Source of the DNA: Candidatus Cloacimonadota bacterium
GTDB taxonomy: Bacteria; Cloacimonadota; Cloacimonadia; JGIOTU-2
Assembly: GCA_034722995.1 (NCBI GenBank)
Contig: JAYEOL010000075.1
Location: 16,924 to 80,923, forward strand
Reading direction: 5' to 3'
DNA length: 64,000 nucleotides
This document shows positions 20,585 to 30,071 of the stretch, piece after piece. Within the stretch, counting starts at the first letter, position 1. The number at the start of each line of letters is the position of its first letter. The notes below the pieces were generated by a model. That model had not been told where the DNA came from. It did no database searches and saw only the letters and a list, made by a program, of their open reading frames with translations. Made by a program: the position numbers and the translations under genes.

Positions 20585-20930
20585 AAAGGTTCATCCGTAG
20601 TCCCGATTAAATCGGGACTACGGAGAATGGACGCAATCCCAGCGGACGCGGGACACAAATGTAAATGTAAAATTACGAATTACAATTACAGTGAGACGAT
20701 CCTAACACTCCCGATGTATCGGGATAATGGTGTTTTGATAAACAGGATTACATCCGCCAGCTCCGAGACGGAGTCCCGACCTGTCTGCCGATAGGCAGGT
20801 AAGTCGGGTCTGGCGGACTATTAGGAACAATTGGAATCTGTACATTCCATCCCTCAATTTTCATTCTCCTTTGCCTGTCCCGTGTAATACGAAGTATTTA
20901 TTACACGGGATAAATCTCTGTGGCAAATAG
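20585..20930. repeat. ~350-bp GC-rich structured region: cluster of hairpin repeat modules (TCCGTAGTCCCGATTAAATCGGGACTACGGA; CTCCCGATGTATCGGGA; CCGCCAG[CTCCGAGACGGAG][..CTGCCGATAGGCAG..]CTGGCGG; CCCGTGTAATA..TATTACACGGG). Possible ncRNA
   Basis: Stems read directly. Modules recur at 35745-35830, 53661-53702, 62951-63155 and 8138-8200. Confidence 0.55.
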
Positions 20931-20936
20931 AAGGAA

Positions 20937-21011
20937 TGGTGCCGGGACGCGGAATTGAACCACGGACACAGGGCTTTTCGGGCCCCTGCTCTACCGTCTG
21001 AGCTATCCCGG
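20937..21011 (-). tRNA. tRNA-Phe (anticodon GAA), CCA encoded; unusual C at position 33
   Basis: The reverse complement folds as a cloverleaf: acceptor GCCGGGA/TCCCGGC, D-arm GCTCAGACGGTAGAGC, anticodon stem GGGGC/GCCCT with loop CCGAAAA, T-arm GTCCGTGGTTCAATTCCGCGGAC. High identity to E. coli tRNA-Phe. Confidence 0.8.
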
Positions 21012-21099
21012 CATTTTGAAAAAGTAAAAATTTATCCGATGCTTTTTTGTCTGACTATCATCATTACTGTCAAGTTTTGCGATTTGAAAAGATTTAATA

Positions 21100-23985
21100 T
21101 TAATCTCCAAAAATCTTTACCTGTTTCTTAATCTTATAATCTTCAAACCACTCATTAAATTTATTATTTACATATTCTTTACGAAATTGTTCCTTTAGCG
21201 GAATAAAATCCTTGCGAGTTACAATTTCTTTGTCCTCAATAAAATAGAAGCCAAATATTTTATCACTAAACCTAATTGGATGACTATATGTTCCAATATC
21301 ATGAGAAAATGCATCTTGTAAAATAATTGAACTGTTTTTTAGATTATTAATTTTATCAAAATATGTAAGCCAACCCGTTTCCTTCATACCACCAAATACA
21401 GATAACAAAATTTTATCTTCTTCATTTTTCGTTAGCTGAACTAAATAATCAGTAAATATCTTGCATTCTTCATACTTTATAATTTCAGAAAATTCATTTT
21501 TAGCAAGAACATAAGATTTATAACCTACAATTTTTTTTCCAGGAATTTTATCTTTCAAGAAAAGAATTGCATAGCCATCTTTTGCCTTAAAGATTTTCTC
21601 TACTTTTCTACCTATTCTGGTATCTCTCAGCAAACCAAAATTACTTTGCTTTATACATAAAAAACTATCAATCAGTACTGAATCATTTTTAAGAATAAAA
21701 TAATCAGATAGATGTGATTGAATCTCATATTTTTGTAATAAAGAGTCGTCCACAGAATTTATTGAGTCAAAGATTGCTGAAATAGTATCAAAATTTAAAC
21801 TATTTGCTTTTTGCGATTTTATCTCAGATAAAATATCTTTTTTCTTTTCCTGAAAATCTTGCAGAAATGATTCCTGCTCTTCTAATAGCTTAATAATAAA
21901 ACAACCTTCACTTGTATAAATTGGAGAACTTATTCCACCAAGTTTTAATGCATCAATTACTGCTCTGATTTCTTCATTCAACTGATAATAATTTACAAAG
22001 TTATCTTGCTGCTTGGTCATTTTATGATTATTGAAATAAATTTGTGATAGAATTTTAAAACCTACAGAATCAGATATAGCCGATTGGATATTATTTATGT
22101 TATCTTGAAGACTTTGTGAGTAGGGTAAAAAAATGGCCTCTAATTTTACTTTTTTAGGAACTGTAAATTTTTCTATATTGTTTTGAAAATACTGGATAGC
22201 TTCCTCTTCTGAGGCATCAATAAAAGAGGAATCATTTTTAAAAAACAGATACAATAATTTAAACTCGTCATCTGTAAAATATTTATCTTTATTGGCATTA
22301 TAATACTTTTGAAAACGGAAACTCCAGAAATTATCCCATTTTTCCTTCATAAGAGTTTCTATAACTTGTTTCAACTGAGGCTTTGGGGATTTCTTAATAC
22401 TTTTTCGTTTGTTGACTCGTCCAATTAAGATATTATCATTTTTTTGAATCTTAAAAATAGAGTCAACAGGTGTAGTAAAAATTGTATCTGCTAATAAAGG
22501 ATATGGAGATTCATAATAAGGAATATTTTGGGTAAATTCTACATTTCTTTTAATTTGAGAATTATGTATGGAAAAATTAAAATCATTACATTTGACTTTT
22601 TGGCAAATTGAAATAATTAATGAATCAAACAAAATTTTCTCTTTATCTTTAGTTAAAATTTCCAAAATATCTTCTTGAACTTTTTCTAATGGCAGAGTGT
22701 CTCTTACGGTGATAAAGTCTTCTATGTTCTTTTCATAATAACTTGCAACAGAATCTGGTGAGATATTAATATCAAAAATAAGCTCCTTTTTGTTAAATAG
22801 AATATAACTTATGTTTACTTTAAAAATGTCCTGATTTTCAATATTCTCTTTATAATAATTTTCAGATTTATTATCAAAATATATCTTCCTTCCATACTTA
22901 ATATAATCATTCCAGGATTGAGGTGCTGCTTCAGAAAAATCTGCAAAATCTGAGTCCTGTATATCCGCTGTTTGAAAAACAAGCCAACCGTCGTTTTGCT
23001 CAATTGGATATGAAAAGAACTTTCCCCTTTTTTGTCGTAAGGCAAACTTCACAATATTTTTGCTGTTCTCTAAAATGCCAATTTTATCTCCATTCTGAAT
23101 ATAATCAGTTTCAAATATATGATATTTTTCTCTTAATATTCTTTCATTTTCTAATCCCCACCTTAATCTTGAAATAAGCTTCTCGGCATATTCTTTTGCT
23201 CTTTTATGTGCTAAGTCTTTGATATATTTATAATAATTCTCATAGTTATCCAGGTCTATTACCTGCTTTATATTAACTAAAATATCAGGATAGAAATTTT
23301 TATCTTCAATTATAAAAAATTTAATTCTTACCTTTTTGGAAGAAATATAATACTTTCTATTCTTATTATAGAATTTCTGTAAGTAAGTTGGGGCGGCAGG
23401 AAAAACCTCTGGCATTAACGAATCTGGAATAATGATATATTTTAGTTTTATTCTGGAGTTTTCTTTGCGATAGATATCAAACAATTGGTTATCAGACAAT
23501 TGAAACTGCTCCTCTATGATTTGTCTTATTTTCTCATTCAGGATATCATCTCTGATTTTATTGATGATTTGCAGATATGTATCAGGGTGTTGACTTTTAA
23601 AATCTTGAAACTTTTGGTTATCAAACCTTCCATCTGACAAAAAAATATCACTATTAGAGTAAATCTCTTTAAAAATTGTTTCCAATTCCCTGTCAGTTAT
23701 AGTTATATTATTTTCCTCAGCATAAATTAGATACAATTTTTCGTTTATCAACTGATTTAAAGCAATTCTTTTTAAATCCTTTTGAAATATCTTCTCAGAA
23801 ACTGATGGATATTTTGTTTTATCTTTTAAATAGCCTTTCCATAATATTTCATACCTATTTTGCATCTCAAGCCAGGTTATAGGTTCTCCATCAACTAAGG
23901 CAACTATCTCATCCGCTAAAGAAAGCCTGACTGATAAAATCAGAAGTAGGAGAAAAAAGATAAGAGATATTTTTAAATTTTTCAT
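21100..23985 (-). CDS. SurA/PpiD-like periplasmic chaperone with parvulin-type PPIase domain (961 aa)
   Basis: Signal peptide, then 'DEIVALVDGEPITWLEM' (SurA N-domain signature). Parvulin-like 'LKLGGISSPIYTSEGCFIIKL'. Confidence 0.6.
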   Translation of the reverse strand: MKNLKISLIFFLLLLILSVRLSLADEIVALVDGEPITWLEMQNRYEILWKGYLKDKTKYPSVSEKIFQKDLKRIALNQLINEKLYLIYAEENNITITDRELETIFKEIYSNSDIFLSDGRFDNQKFQDFKSQHPDTYLQIINKIRDDILNEKIRQIIEEQFQLSDNQLFDIYRKENSRIKLKYIIIPDSLMPEVFPAAPTYLQKFYNKNRKYYISSKKVRIKFFIIEDKNFYPDILVNIKQVIDLDNYENYYKYIKDLAHKRAKEYAEKLISRLRWGLENERILREKYHIFETDYIQNGDKIGILENSKNIVKFALRQKRGKFFSYPIEQNDGWLVFQTADIQDSDFADFSEAAPQSWNDYIKYGRKIYFDNKSENYYKENIENQDIFKVNISYILFNKKELIFDINISPDSVASYYEKNIEDFITVRDTLPLEKVQEDILEILTKDKEKILFDSLIISICQKVKCNDFNFSIHNSQIKRNVEFTQNIPYYESPYPLLADTIFTTPVDSIFKIQKNDNILIGRVNKRKSIKKSPKPQLKQVIETLMKEKWDNFWSFRFQKYYNANKDKYFTDDEFKLLYLFFKNDSSFIDASEEEAIQYFQNNIEKFTVPKKVKLEAIFLPYSQSLQDNINNIQSAISDSVGFKILSQIYFNNHKMTKQQDNFVNYYQLNEEIRAVIDALKLGGISSPIYTSEGCFIIKLLEEQESFLQDFQEKKKDILSEIKSQKANSLNFDTISAIFDSINSVDDSLLQKYEIQSHLSDYFILKNDSVLIDSFLCIKQSNFGLLRDTRIGRKVEKIFKAKDGYAILFLKDKIPGKKIVGYKSYVLAKNEFSEIIKYEECKIFTDYLVQLTKNEEDKILLSVFGGMKETGWLTYFDKINNLKNSSIILQDAFSHDIGTYSHPIRFSDKIFGFYFIEDKEIVTRKDFIPLKEQFRKEYVNNKFNEWFEDYKIKKQVKIFGD

Positions 23986-23988
23986 CTT

Positions 23989-24585
23989 TTAATCTTGCAT
24001 ACACTCAGACTTAATTATACAAATTTTAAATAGAAAATTTCTAAAGAGTTTAAGCACTTTTTCAGTATGCGTTACTTCAGGATGAAATTGGACGGCATAA
24101 ATTCTTGCATCCTCATTTTGCATAGCAGAAATAGGTGTATTTTTAGAACAAGCAATAACTTTAAAACCTTCTGGAGTTTTTTCAACGAAATCTGAATGAC
24201 TCATCCATATTATTTCATTATTTGAAAAACCTTGTAACAATATATTCTTTCTTACAATTTTTATCTCATTATATCCGTATTCCTTTTTTGTGGCATGTTT
24301 TACTACTCCGCCAAGCATATCTGTAATTACTTGCATGCCATAGCAGATACCAAGAATTGGGATACTCAAGTCAAAAATCTTTTCATCACATTCAGGTGCA
24401 TTTTTATCCATGATGCTATATGGACTTCCAGAAAAGATTAAGCCAGACGGAGATTTCTTTTTAATCTCCTGTGCAGAAGTGTTATAAGGTATAACTTCAT
24501 AGTAGACATTCTGCAAACGAACAGATTTTGCAATTAGATGTGTAAATTTTGAGCCAAAATCAAGAATTAAAACGAGATTTTTCAT
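23989..24585 (-). CDS. Class I glutamine amidotransferase (GuaA-N / PabA-like), 198 aa
   Basis: Catalytic Cys 'GICYGMQ' and 'AVQFHPEV' His/Glu motif. Confidence 0.7.
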   Translation of the reverse strand: MKNLVLILDFGSKFTHLIAKSVRLQNVYYEVIPYNTSAQEIKKKSPSGLIFSGSPYSIMDKNAPECDEKIFDLSIPILGICYGMQVITDMLGGVVKHATKKEYGYNEIKIVRKNILLQGFSNNEIIWMSHSDFVEKTPEGFKVIACSKNTPISAMQNEDARIYAVQFHPEVTHTEKVLKLFRNFLFKICIIKSECMQD

Positions 24586-25214
24586 TTATATCCATCAATA
24601 AAAGGATTGTTATGTTTTTCATGACCAATGGTTGTGGCTACTCCATGACCCGGAAAAACTTTTGTTCGCTCAGGAAGTATAAACAATTTTTCTTTTATAC
24701 TCTTTCGGAGTTTATCTTTGTCGCTTCCTGGTATATCTGTTCTTCCAACTCCTTCAAAGAAAAGTGTGTCACCACTTACTAAAAAACTATTGCCCAATAA
24801 GCATATACTACCGATAGAATGACCAGGAGTATGTAAAACTTTTAACTGTTCTGAACCAATGGTAACAATTTCATTATCTTCTAAAAATTTATCAGCTGGC
24901 GGAGATATCACATAATAATCAAAAAATATACTAAAATTCAATTCTGGATTTGTTAGTTTATCATTGTCAAATTGGTGAATGCAAATCTTTGCATTAGTAA
25001 GTTCCTTCAGTTTGCCATTTGCACCAATATGGTCAGCATGACCGTGAGTGTTAATTATGTATTTTATTTCAAAGCCAAGTCTTTGCGATTCTTGAAAGAT
25101 TATTTCGGCTTTGTTTGCAGGGTCAATAACAGCACCGACTTTTTCGATTTTATCCCAGAGGAGATAAGTGTTTGTTTCAAAAATTTCAAGCAGGTTAAGT
25201 TTTTTTATTTGCAT
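24582..25214 (-). CDS. MBL-fold metallo-hydrolase (glyoxalase II-like)
   Basis: 'INTHGHADHIG' (HxHxDH), then 'HTPGHS' and a downstream 'GD' motif. Confidence 0.85.
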   Translation of the reverse strand: MQIKKLNLLEIFETNTYLLWDKIEKVGAVIDPANKAEIIFQESQRLGFEIKYIINTHGHADHIGANGKLKELTNAKICIHQFDNDKLTNPELNFSIFFDYYVISPPADKFLEDNEIVTIGSEQLKVLHTPGHSIGSICLLGNSFLVSGDTLFFEGVGRTDIPGSDKDKLRKSIKEKLFILPERTKVFPGHGVATTIGHEKHNNPFIDGYK

Positions 25215-25220
25215 TATTTT

Positions 25221-25859
25221 CTATATTATACCAAAGAAGGATTTTTCTAATTTTCTAACTTCTGTTTCAAAAAATATTTTCACTTTTTGCCATTGCACTT
25301 CTTTTAGCATCTTTGGCATTTCTGAGACTTCTGCATCAATAAAATAGACCAAACTTTTCAAAATATGAACAATATTAGAGGACAATTCTCCATATTTGCG
25401 GTCATAAAAGGATAATGCATCTCTTAATGAAATACCTTGCTGGCATATAAAATAAAGGTCAATGAAATCCCTTTTTATCCCTCTTGTGGCAATGGCATCT
25501 ACCTTCATTGCGGATATATCTCTTAAATCAAGAATATTAATATTAAAAATAGTCTTATAAGAAAACAGATTCGGATATTCATACACGAAGATGCTAAACT
25601 TTATTCCTTCTACAGTGCCCAGAATAGTTCCCCAACTTTGCTGTTCAATCTTAAAATTACATACTTTTTTTAGAGAGTTTATTAGCCATTTAGAATCAAA
25701 TTTTTTCTGTGTAAAAAAGTCCATATCCACGGAAATTCTATGTCCTAATTGCAAAGCACAGGCAGTTCCTCCAGCTAAATACGCATTATCTAATAAATGC
25801 GAGTTGCCTAATATGGCCAATGCCTTTTTCGTATTTCCAAATAATGTTTCTGTAAACAT
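25221..25859 (-). CDS. AbiEii/DUF1814-like nucleotidyltransferase (putative type IV TA toxin), 212 aa
   Basis: 'LAGGTACALQLGHRISVDMDFF' matches the NTase motif GGTAL...R.S.D.DF of the AbiEii family. Compare 'FRGGTALKKVYFRDYRFSEDLDFL' in the gene at 30894. Confidence 0.5.
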   Translation of the reverse strand: MFTETLFGNTKKALAILGNSHLLDNAYLAGGTACALQLGHRISVDMDFFTQKKFDSKWLINSLKKVCNFKIEQQSWGTILGTVEGIKFSIFVYEYPNLFSYKTIFNINILDLRDISAMKVDAIATRGIKRDFIDLYFICQQGISLRDALSFYDRKYGELSSNIVHILKSLVYFIDAEVSEMPKMLKEVQWQKVKIFFETEVRKLEKSFFGII

Positions 25860-26113
25860 AAAACCTTCTTTTTGTCAATACCAAAAATAACTGCCCAGAA
25901 GTTTGCACTCTTTGGTGAAACAATACGAAGGCTAAATAAAACATCGGCAATATCATCTTTGGTATAATTTTTCTTCATCCATCTAACTGCCTTTTCATTA
26001 CCATATTCAAGTATCCGACTAAGAACAAACTTTGGATAAGCATTCATATCAAGTTTATCAAAATCTACATCCCAAAAATATTTCCTTAAAAATTCTGGTA
26101 ATTTTTTTGCCAA
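25808..26113 (-). CDS. Small protein (101 aa) immediately upstream of, and overlapping, the NTase gene. Candidate cognate antitoxin
   Basis: Overlaps the NTase gene by 52 nt on the same strand. No motif recognised. Confidence 0.3.
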   Translation of the reverse strand: MAKKLPEFLRKYFWDVDFDKLDMNAYPKFVLSRILEYGNEKAVRWMKKNYTKDDIADVLFSLRIVSPKSANFWAVIFGIDKKKVLCLQKHYLEIRKRHWPY

Positions 26114-26152
26114 GATAACCTCTAATCTTTTCTTATGGATAAATTCAATTTT

Positions 26153-26992
26153 CTAGTTTGTATCTTTATTCATTTCTTGCCATTTAAAGCGAAGTCTTTC
26201 CAAATATTCCTCTTTTAGTGTTACTCTTCCTAATTCATTATTCTTTTTATTATTACCGTGAAAATCTGAACCACCGGTTATAAGCAAATTATATCTATGA
26301 GCCAATTCTAAGTAAATGTTTTTCTGGTAAATAGTATGCAGAGGATAGAAAACTTCAAGGCCATCTAAACCTAACTCCACTAAGTCCGGGATGAGAAAAT
26401 CATTTTTAATAACACATGGATGTGCCAGAACTGATAGTCCTCCGGCTCCTTTCACAATCTGAAAAATATTTCCTGGTGTATAAGTTGGTTTGCATACATA
26501 CGCGGGGCAATCATTTCCAATATATTTATAATATGCTTCTTCATAACTTTCAGTAAAACCATTTTTAAACATTGCATTGGCAAGGTGCGGACGGGCAATA
26601 ACATTTTTGTTTCCAGCAAATTTATATACCTGCTTCATAGTTAAAAATATGTCAAACTTCTTTAATTTTTCTAATATCTGCCTGACTCGTTTTGTTCTGC
26701 CCTCTTGCACAAATCTCAGCATATTATTCAGCTTCTTATTATGAATATCAATAAAATACGCCAAGATATGAATATCATAACCTTTATAATAACTACTAAT
26801 TTCTACTGCAGGGATAAGTTCAATATTATATTTTTTTGCATATTTTCTTGCTCCTAAATATCCATCAATGGTATCATGATCGGTTATGGCTATTGTGGAA
26901 AATTCTAAATCTCTAACAGCCTTTATTATCTCTTTTGGAGTATATGTCCCATCAGAATGGGTCGTATGAATATGTAGGTCAATTTTTTTCAT
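26153..26992 (-). CDS. PHP-domain phosphoesterase (TrpH/YciV-like)
   Basis: 'IDLHIHTTHSDGTYTP' followed by 'ITDHDTIDGY'. Confidence 0.85.
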   Translation of the reverse strand: MKKIDLHIHTTHSDGTYTPKEIIKAVRDLEFSTIAITDHDTIDGYLGARKYAKKYNIELIPAVEISSYYKGYDIHILAYFIDIHNKKLNNMLRFVQEGRTKRVRQILEKLKKFDIFLTMKQVYKFAGNKNVIARPHLANAMFKNGFTESYEEAYYKYIGNDCPAYVCKPTYTPGNIFQIVKGAGGLSVLAHPCVIKNDFLIPDLVELGLDGLEVFYPLHTIYQKNIYLELAHRYNLLITGGSDFHGNNKKNNELGRVTLKEEYLERLRFKWQEMNKDTN

Positions 26993-26995
26993 TTT

Positions 26996-28036
26996 TTATT
27001 TTTCACTCCGTGCGCTGGTCTGCTTCCTCTTTCTTAAATATTTACTTTTTGCTTCAAGAACGCTAAGCTGTATTCTATCCTTTTTGCTTTCGTAGGTTGA
27101 AACCTTCTCTCCCTCAATATTTTCTAATCTTTTTAATGCAATTTCTACATACTCACGATTAGTATCAATTCCAATAAATTTTCTACACAACTTTTTAGCA
27201 GCAACAGCAGTTGTACCACTTCCAACGAAAGGATCTAAAACTACCGCATCTTCTGAAAAAGTTGTTAATTTGATTATATACTCACATATTGCCAATGGTT
27301 TTACAGTTTTATGTATATTGAATTCTCCCTTTTCTTCTTTACTGGATTTGGGTAGAAGGAAACATTTATTAATGATTTTACTAATTTTCTGCGTAGTCAT
27401 AACATTTGAGGGAAACATATTTTTCCCGATTTTTACATTCGTATTTAAGAGTCCAACATTATATTTTAACATATTGTTTAGAAATGTTCTCTCATATTTT
27501 TTTTGAGCCATTACAATTGGCTCAAAGCAAGATTTTATTTGTGGGGTTTTCCAACCATTTAATCTCTCTTTCAATTCAATTTTACTTTTCTTATCCCAAT
27601 CTAATTTATCAATGAAATGATTAAGCGACATAGCTTTTGGCTGATTTTGCGTATAAAGCCAGATAAAGCAATCTCTAATTAAAAAGCCAGCATCATCAAC
27701 TGCAGAAACCATTCTATGATAAAGTCTTGGGCTTGAAAAAGAAAAAAAGAATCCGCCGGGTTTTAAAACTCTATATAAATCTTTTGATATTTTAAAATAC
27801 CACTTATAAAATCTTTTTCCTTGCTCTTTATTAAACTTCATTCCTGGAGGGAGAGATTTGATAGTATGACAATAATCAGTTATTTTTGAAACCTTATCAT
27901 TGTCCCATTTATTATCCATTTTATCCAAGAAATAGGGAGGGTCTGTTAAAACAAGGTCTATTGAATTATCGTCAATTTTTGGTAATATACTTTTAGCATC
28001 TCCCAATATAATCTTGTTCATTAATTCACTATTCAT
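26996..28036 (-). CDS. Beta-class DNA methyltransferase (N4-C or N6-A), 346 aa
   Basis: Motif IV 'LVLTDPPYF' near the N-terminus and motif I 'VVLDPFVGSGTT' near the C-terminus (beta-class order). Confidence 0.85.
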   Translation of the reverse strand: MNSELMNKIILGDAKSILPKIDDNSIDLVLTDPPYFLDKMDNKWDNDKVSKITDYCHTIKSLPPGMKFNKEQGKRFYKWYFKISKDLYRVLKPGGFFFSFSSPRLYHRMVSAVDDAGFLIRDCFIWLYTQNQPKAMSLNHFIDKLDWDKKSKIELKERLNGWKTPQIKSCFEPIVMAQKKYERTFLNNMLKYNVGLLNTNVKIGKNMFPSNVMTTQKISKIINKCFLLPKSSKEEKGEFNIHKTVKPLAICEYIIKLTTFSEDAVVLDPFVGSGTTAVAAKKLCRKFIGIDTNREYVEIALKRLENIEGEKVSTYESKKDRIQLSVLEAKSKYLRKRKQTSARSEK

Positions 28037-28754
28037 TTGGATTTACCCCTTTAAATTCTTCATATAGTATTTTATAAACCTTCAATCTGATTTCCTTATC
28101 AGATCTTTTTATTATATTGGGATTAGATAACTTTATTACTCTACCTCTTTCATCATAAACCCAATTGTTTCTATCTGCCCTATTACACTTTTGACATTGT
28201 GGTATTATATTACCCGCTTCTAAAGGTAAATTTGGATTTATATGAGCTTTTTGTAATCTTGTAATAGTGTTTGGCCAATGGATATTGGGCTTGCCTTCAA
28301 TTAAACCACAAGTAGCACATCTATACCCATACCGTTTTTTTAATTCTTCCCAATCTTCTGTTTGTTCTATTCTATGCCCATGAAAAGCAGGATAAGGTTT
28401 CTTTAAAGTTATAAGTTTATATTCTCCTCTTGAAAGAATTACATCCCTATTGTCTCTACCACCTGCTGCGATAAACCAACCTTTCTGTGCGCCAAGGTGT
28501 CTTGCCTGTTGAACATCATTTACTTCAGGATAGTATTGACGAATAAATTGTGTAAGTTCTCCTTTTGATACTTTTCGTGTATTTGGATAATCCTGAACCA
28601 AATAAACCAATACAAGAGCATCTTTGGTATAATTCCCTCGAGCATTGGTTAATCTTGGAAGTTTTACTTCATACTGGTTTAAATATTTTCTGTGATATTT
28701 ACATATAGTCTTATATAAATTTTTAATTTCATTATTAGATAATTGTTTCTTCAT
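28029..28754 (-). CDS. Putative cognate restriction endonuclease (HNH/zinc-ribbon-like), 241 aa
   Basis: Overlaps the MTase start by 8 nt. 'CATCG...RLQKAHINPNLPLEAGNIIPQCQKCN' resembles a CxxC...H-N...CxxC HNH core. Confidence 0.4.
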   Translation of the reverse strand: MKKQLSNNEIKNLYKTICKYHRKYLNQYEVKLPRLTNARGNYTKDALVLVYLVQDYPNTRKVSKGELTQFIRQYYPEVNDVQQARHLGAQKGWFIAAGGRDNRDVILSRGEYKLITLKKPYPAFHGHRIEQTEDWEELKKRYGYRCATCGLIEGKPNIHWPNTITRLQKAHINPNLPLEAGNIIPQCQKCNRADRNNWVYDERGRVIKLSNPNIIKRSDKEIRLKVYKILYEEFKGVNPNE

Positions 28755-28758
28755 GGTT

Positions 28759-30048
28759 TTATCTACCCATCCCTTTATTAATTATTCCTTTTGCAGCTGA
28801 TTCCCCAGCTAAATATCCTGTTGAAAAAGCAGCTTGCAAATTATATCCACCCGTATCTCCATCAATATCCAATACCTCACCTGCAAAATATAGACCAGAA
28901 ACAATTTTGGATTCCATTGTCTTCTGATATATCTGATTTAATTCTACTCCTCCAGATGTAATAATGGCTTCAGAAAGAGGTCTTGTCTTAGTTACGGTAA
29001 ATTCAAAACCTTTTAAAAGATTAACTATCTTTTCCCGTTCATTCTTTGTAATTTCTGCTATCCTTTTATCTTTGTCAATTTCTGATGAATTAATAAATGT
29101 TTTTATAAATTTTTGTGGTAGAAGTAATTTCATTAACTCATTAAAACATACACTCCCATTATTCTTAATCTCTCGTAAGATACGATTATGCAATTGTTCA
29201 AAAGTTAGACCTGGTTTGAAATCAACAAATAACTTTAGTTCATTTGCAATTATTTCTTTTTTGATTTTTCTGCTTAGTTTAAGAACAACTGAGCCGTCAA
29301 CACCAAAGTCAGTGAAAAAGAACTCTCCGAATTCTTCTGCCGATTTTTTCTCTTTATTGAAAATAGAGACAGATACATTTTTCAATTTTAATCCCGATAA
29401 TTCCTTTGTTGTTCCCTCCCCGATTTGCTCGTGGATAAATGGGAATTTAATCTCAAGTGGGACCAATGATGGATATATTGATGTAACTTTATGACCTGTT
29501 TTTCGGGCAAGTTTATATCCATCTCCAGTTGAGCCTGTTTGAGGATATGATGCACCACCTGTTGCAACTATGACTGCATCTGCAAAAATATTCCCTTTAT
29601 CAGAAATGATTCCACCTATCTCATTTTTGTAATGAAGCAATTCTTTAACAGGATATTCTAATTTTATTTGGACATGATTTATTTTAAGATACTTTTTTAA
29701 AGCATCAACTACTAACCACGAATTATGTGAAGAAGGATAAATCCTTCCGCCAGATTCTTCTTTAAGTTTTAAATCTAAAGTTGAAAAGAATTTAATCAAG
29801 TCTTTATTAAAGAATTTTCTAAAAGCATTGATAAGAAACCTTCCATTCTTACCGTAATGTTCCACAAAAGTTAAGATATTCGGTTCTGTATTTGTAAGAT
29901 TGCATTTCCCCTTGCCTGTTAAGGAGAGTTTTAGTCCTAATTTGTTCATCTTTTCCAAAAGAATGACATCCGCACCCAATTCAGCAGCTCTACCGGCAGC
30001 AATCATACCAGCTGGACCTCCGCCAATCACAATAACTTTCTTTGCCAT
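28759..30048 (-). CDS. HI0933/BaiN-family NAD(P)/FAD-dependent oxidoreductase
   Basis: 'KVIVIGGGPAGMIAAGRAAELGADVILLEK' Rossmann motif. C-term 'TGGYNLQAAFSTGYLAGE'. Confidence 0.85.
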   Translation of the reverse strand: MAKKVIVIGGGPAGMIAAGRAAELGADVILLEKMNKLGLKLSLTGKGKCNLTNTEPNILTFVEHYGKNGRFLINAFRKFFNKDLIKFFSTLDLKLKEESGGRIYPSSHNSWLVVDALKKYLKINHVQIKLEYPVKELLHYKNEIGGIISDKGNIFADAVIVATGGASYPQTGSTGDGYKLARKTGHKVTSIYPSLVPLEIKFPFIHEQIGEGTTKELSGLKLKNVSVSIFNKEKKSAEEFGEFFFTDFGVDGSVVLKLSRKIKKEIIANELKLFVDFKPGLTFEQLHNRILREIKNNGSVCFNELMKLLLPQKFIKTFINSSEIDKDKRIAEITKNEREKIVNLLKGFEFTVTKTRPLSEAIITSGGVELNQIYQKTMESKIVSGLYFAGEVLDIDGDTGGYNLQAAFSTGYLAGESAAKGIINKGMGR

Positions 30049-30071
30049 TCAGGTAAGATATAGAAACCTAT

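Noticed and set aside
20585-20930. Possibility that the GC-rich structured block is RNase P RNA, tmRNA or SRP RNA
   Set aside because: None of the conserved signatures (GGAAAGTCCGGGCTCC / ACAGAANCCGGCTTA for RNase P; tRNA-like ends and a tag ORF for tmRNA; AGGUCAGGUCCGGAAGGAAGCAGC for SRP) is present on either strand. Its modules also recur elsewhere as repeats.
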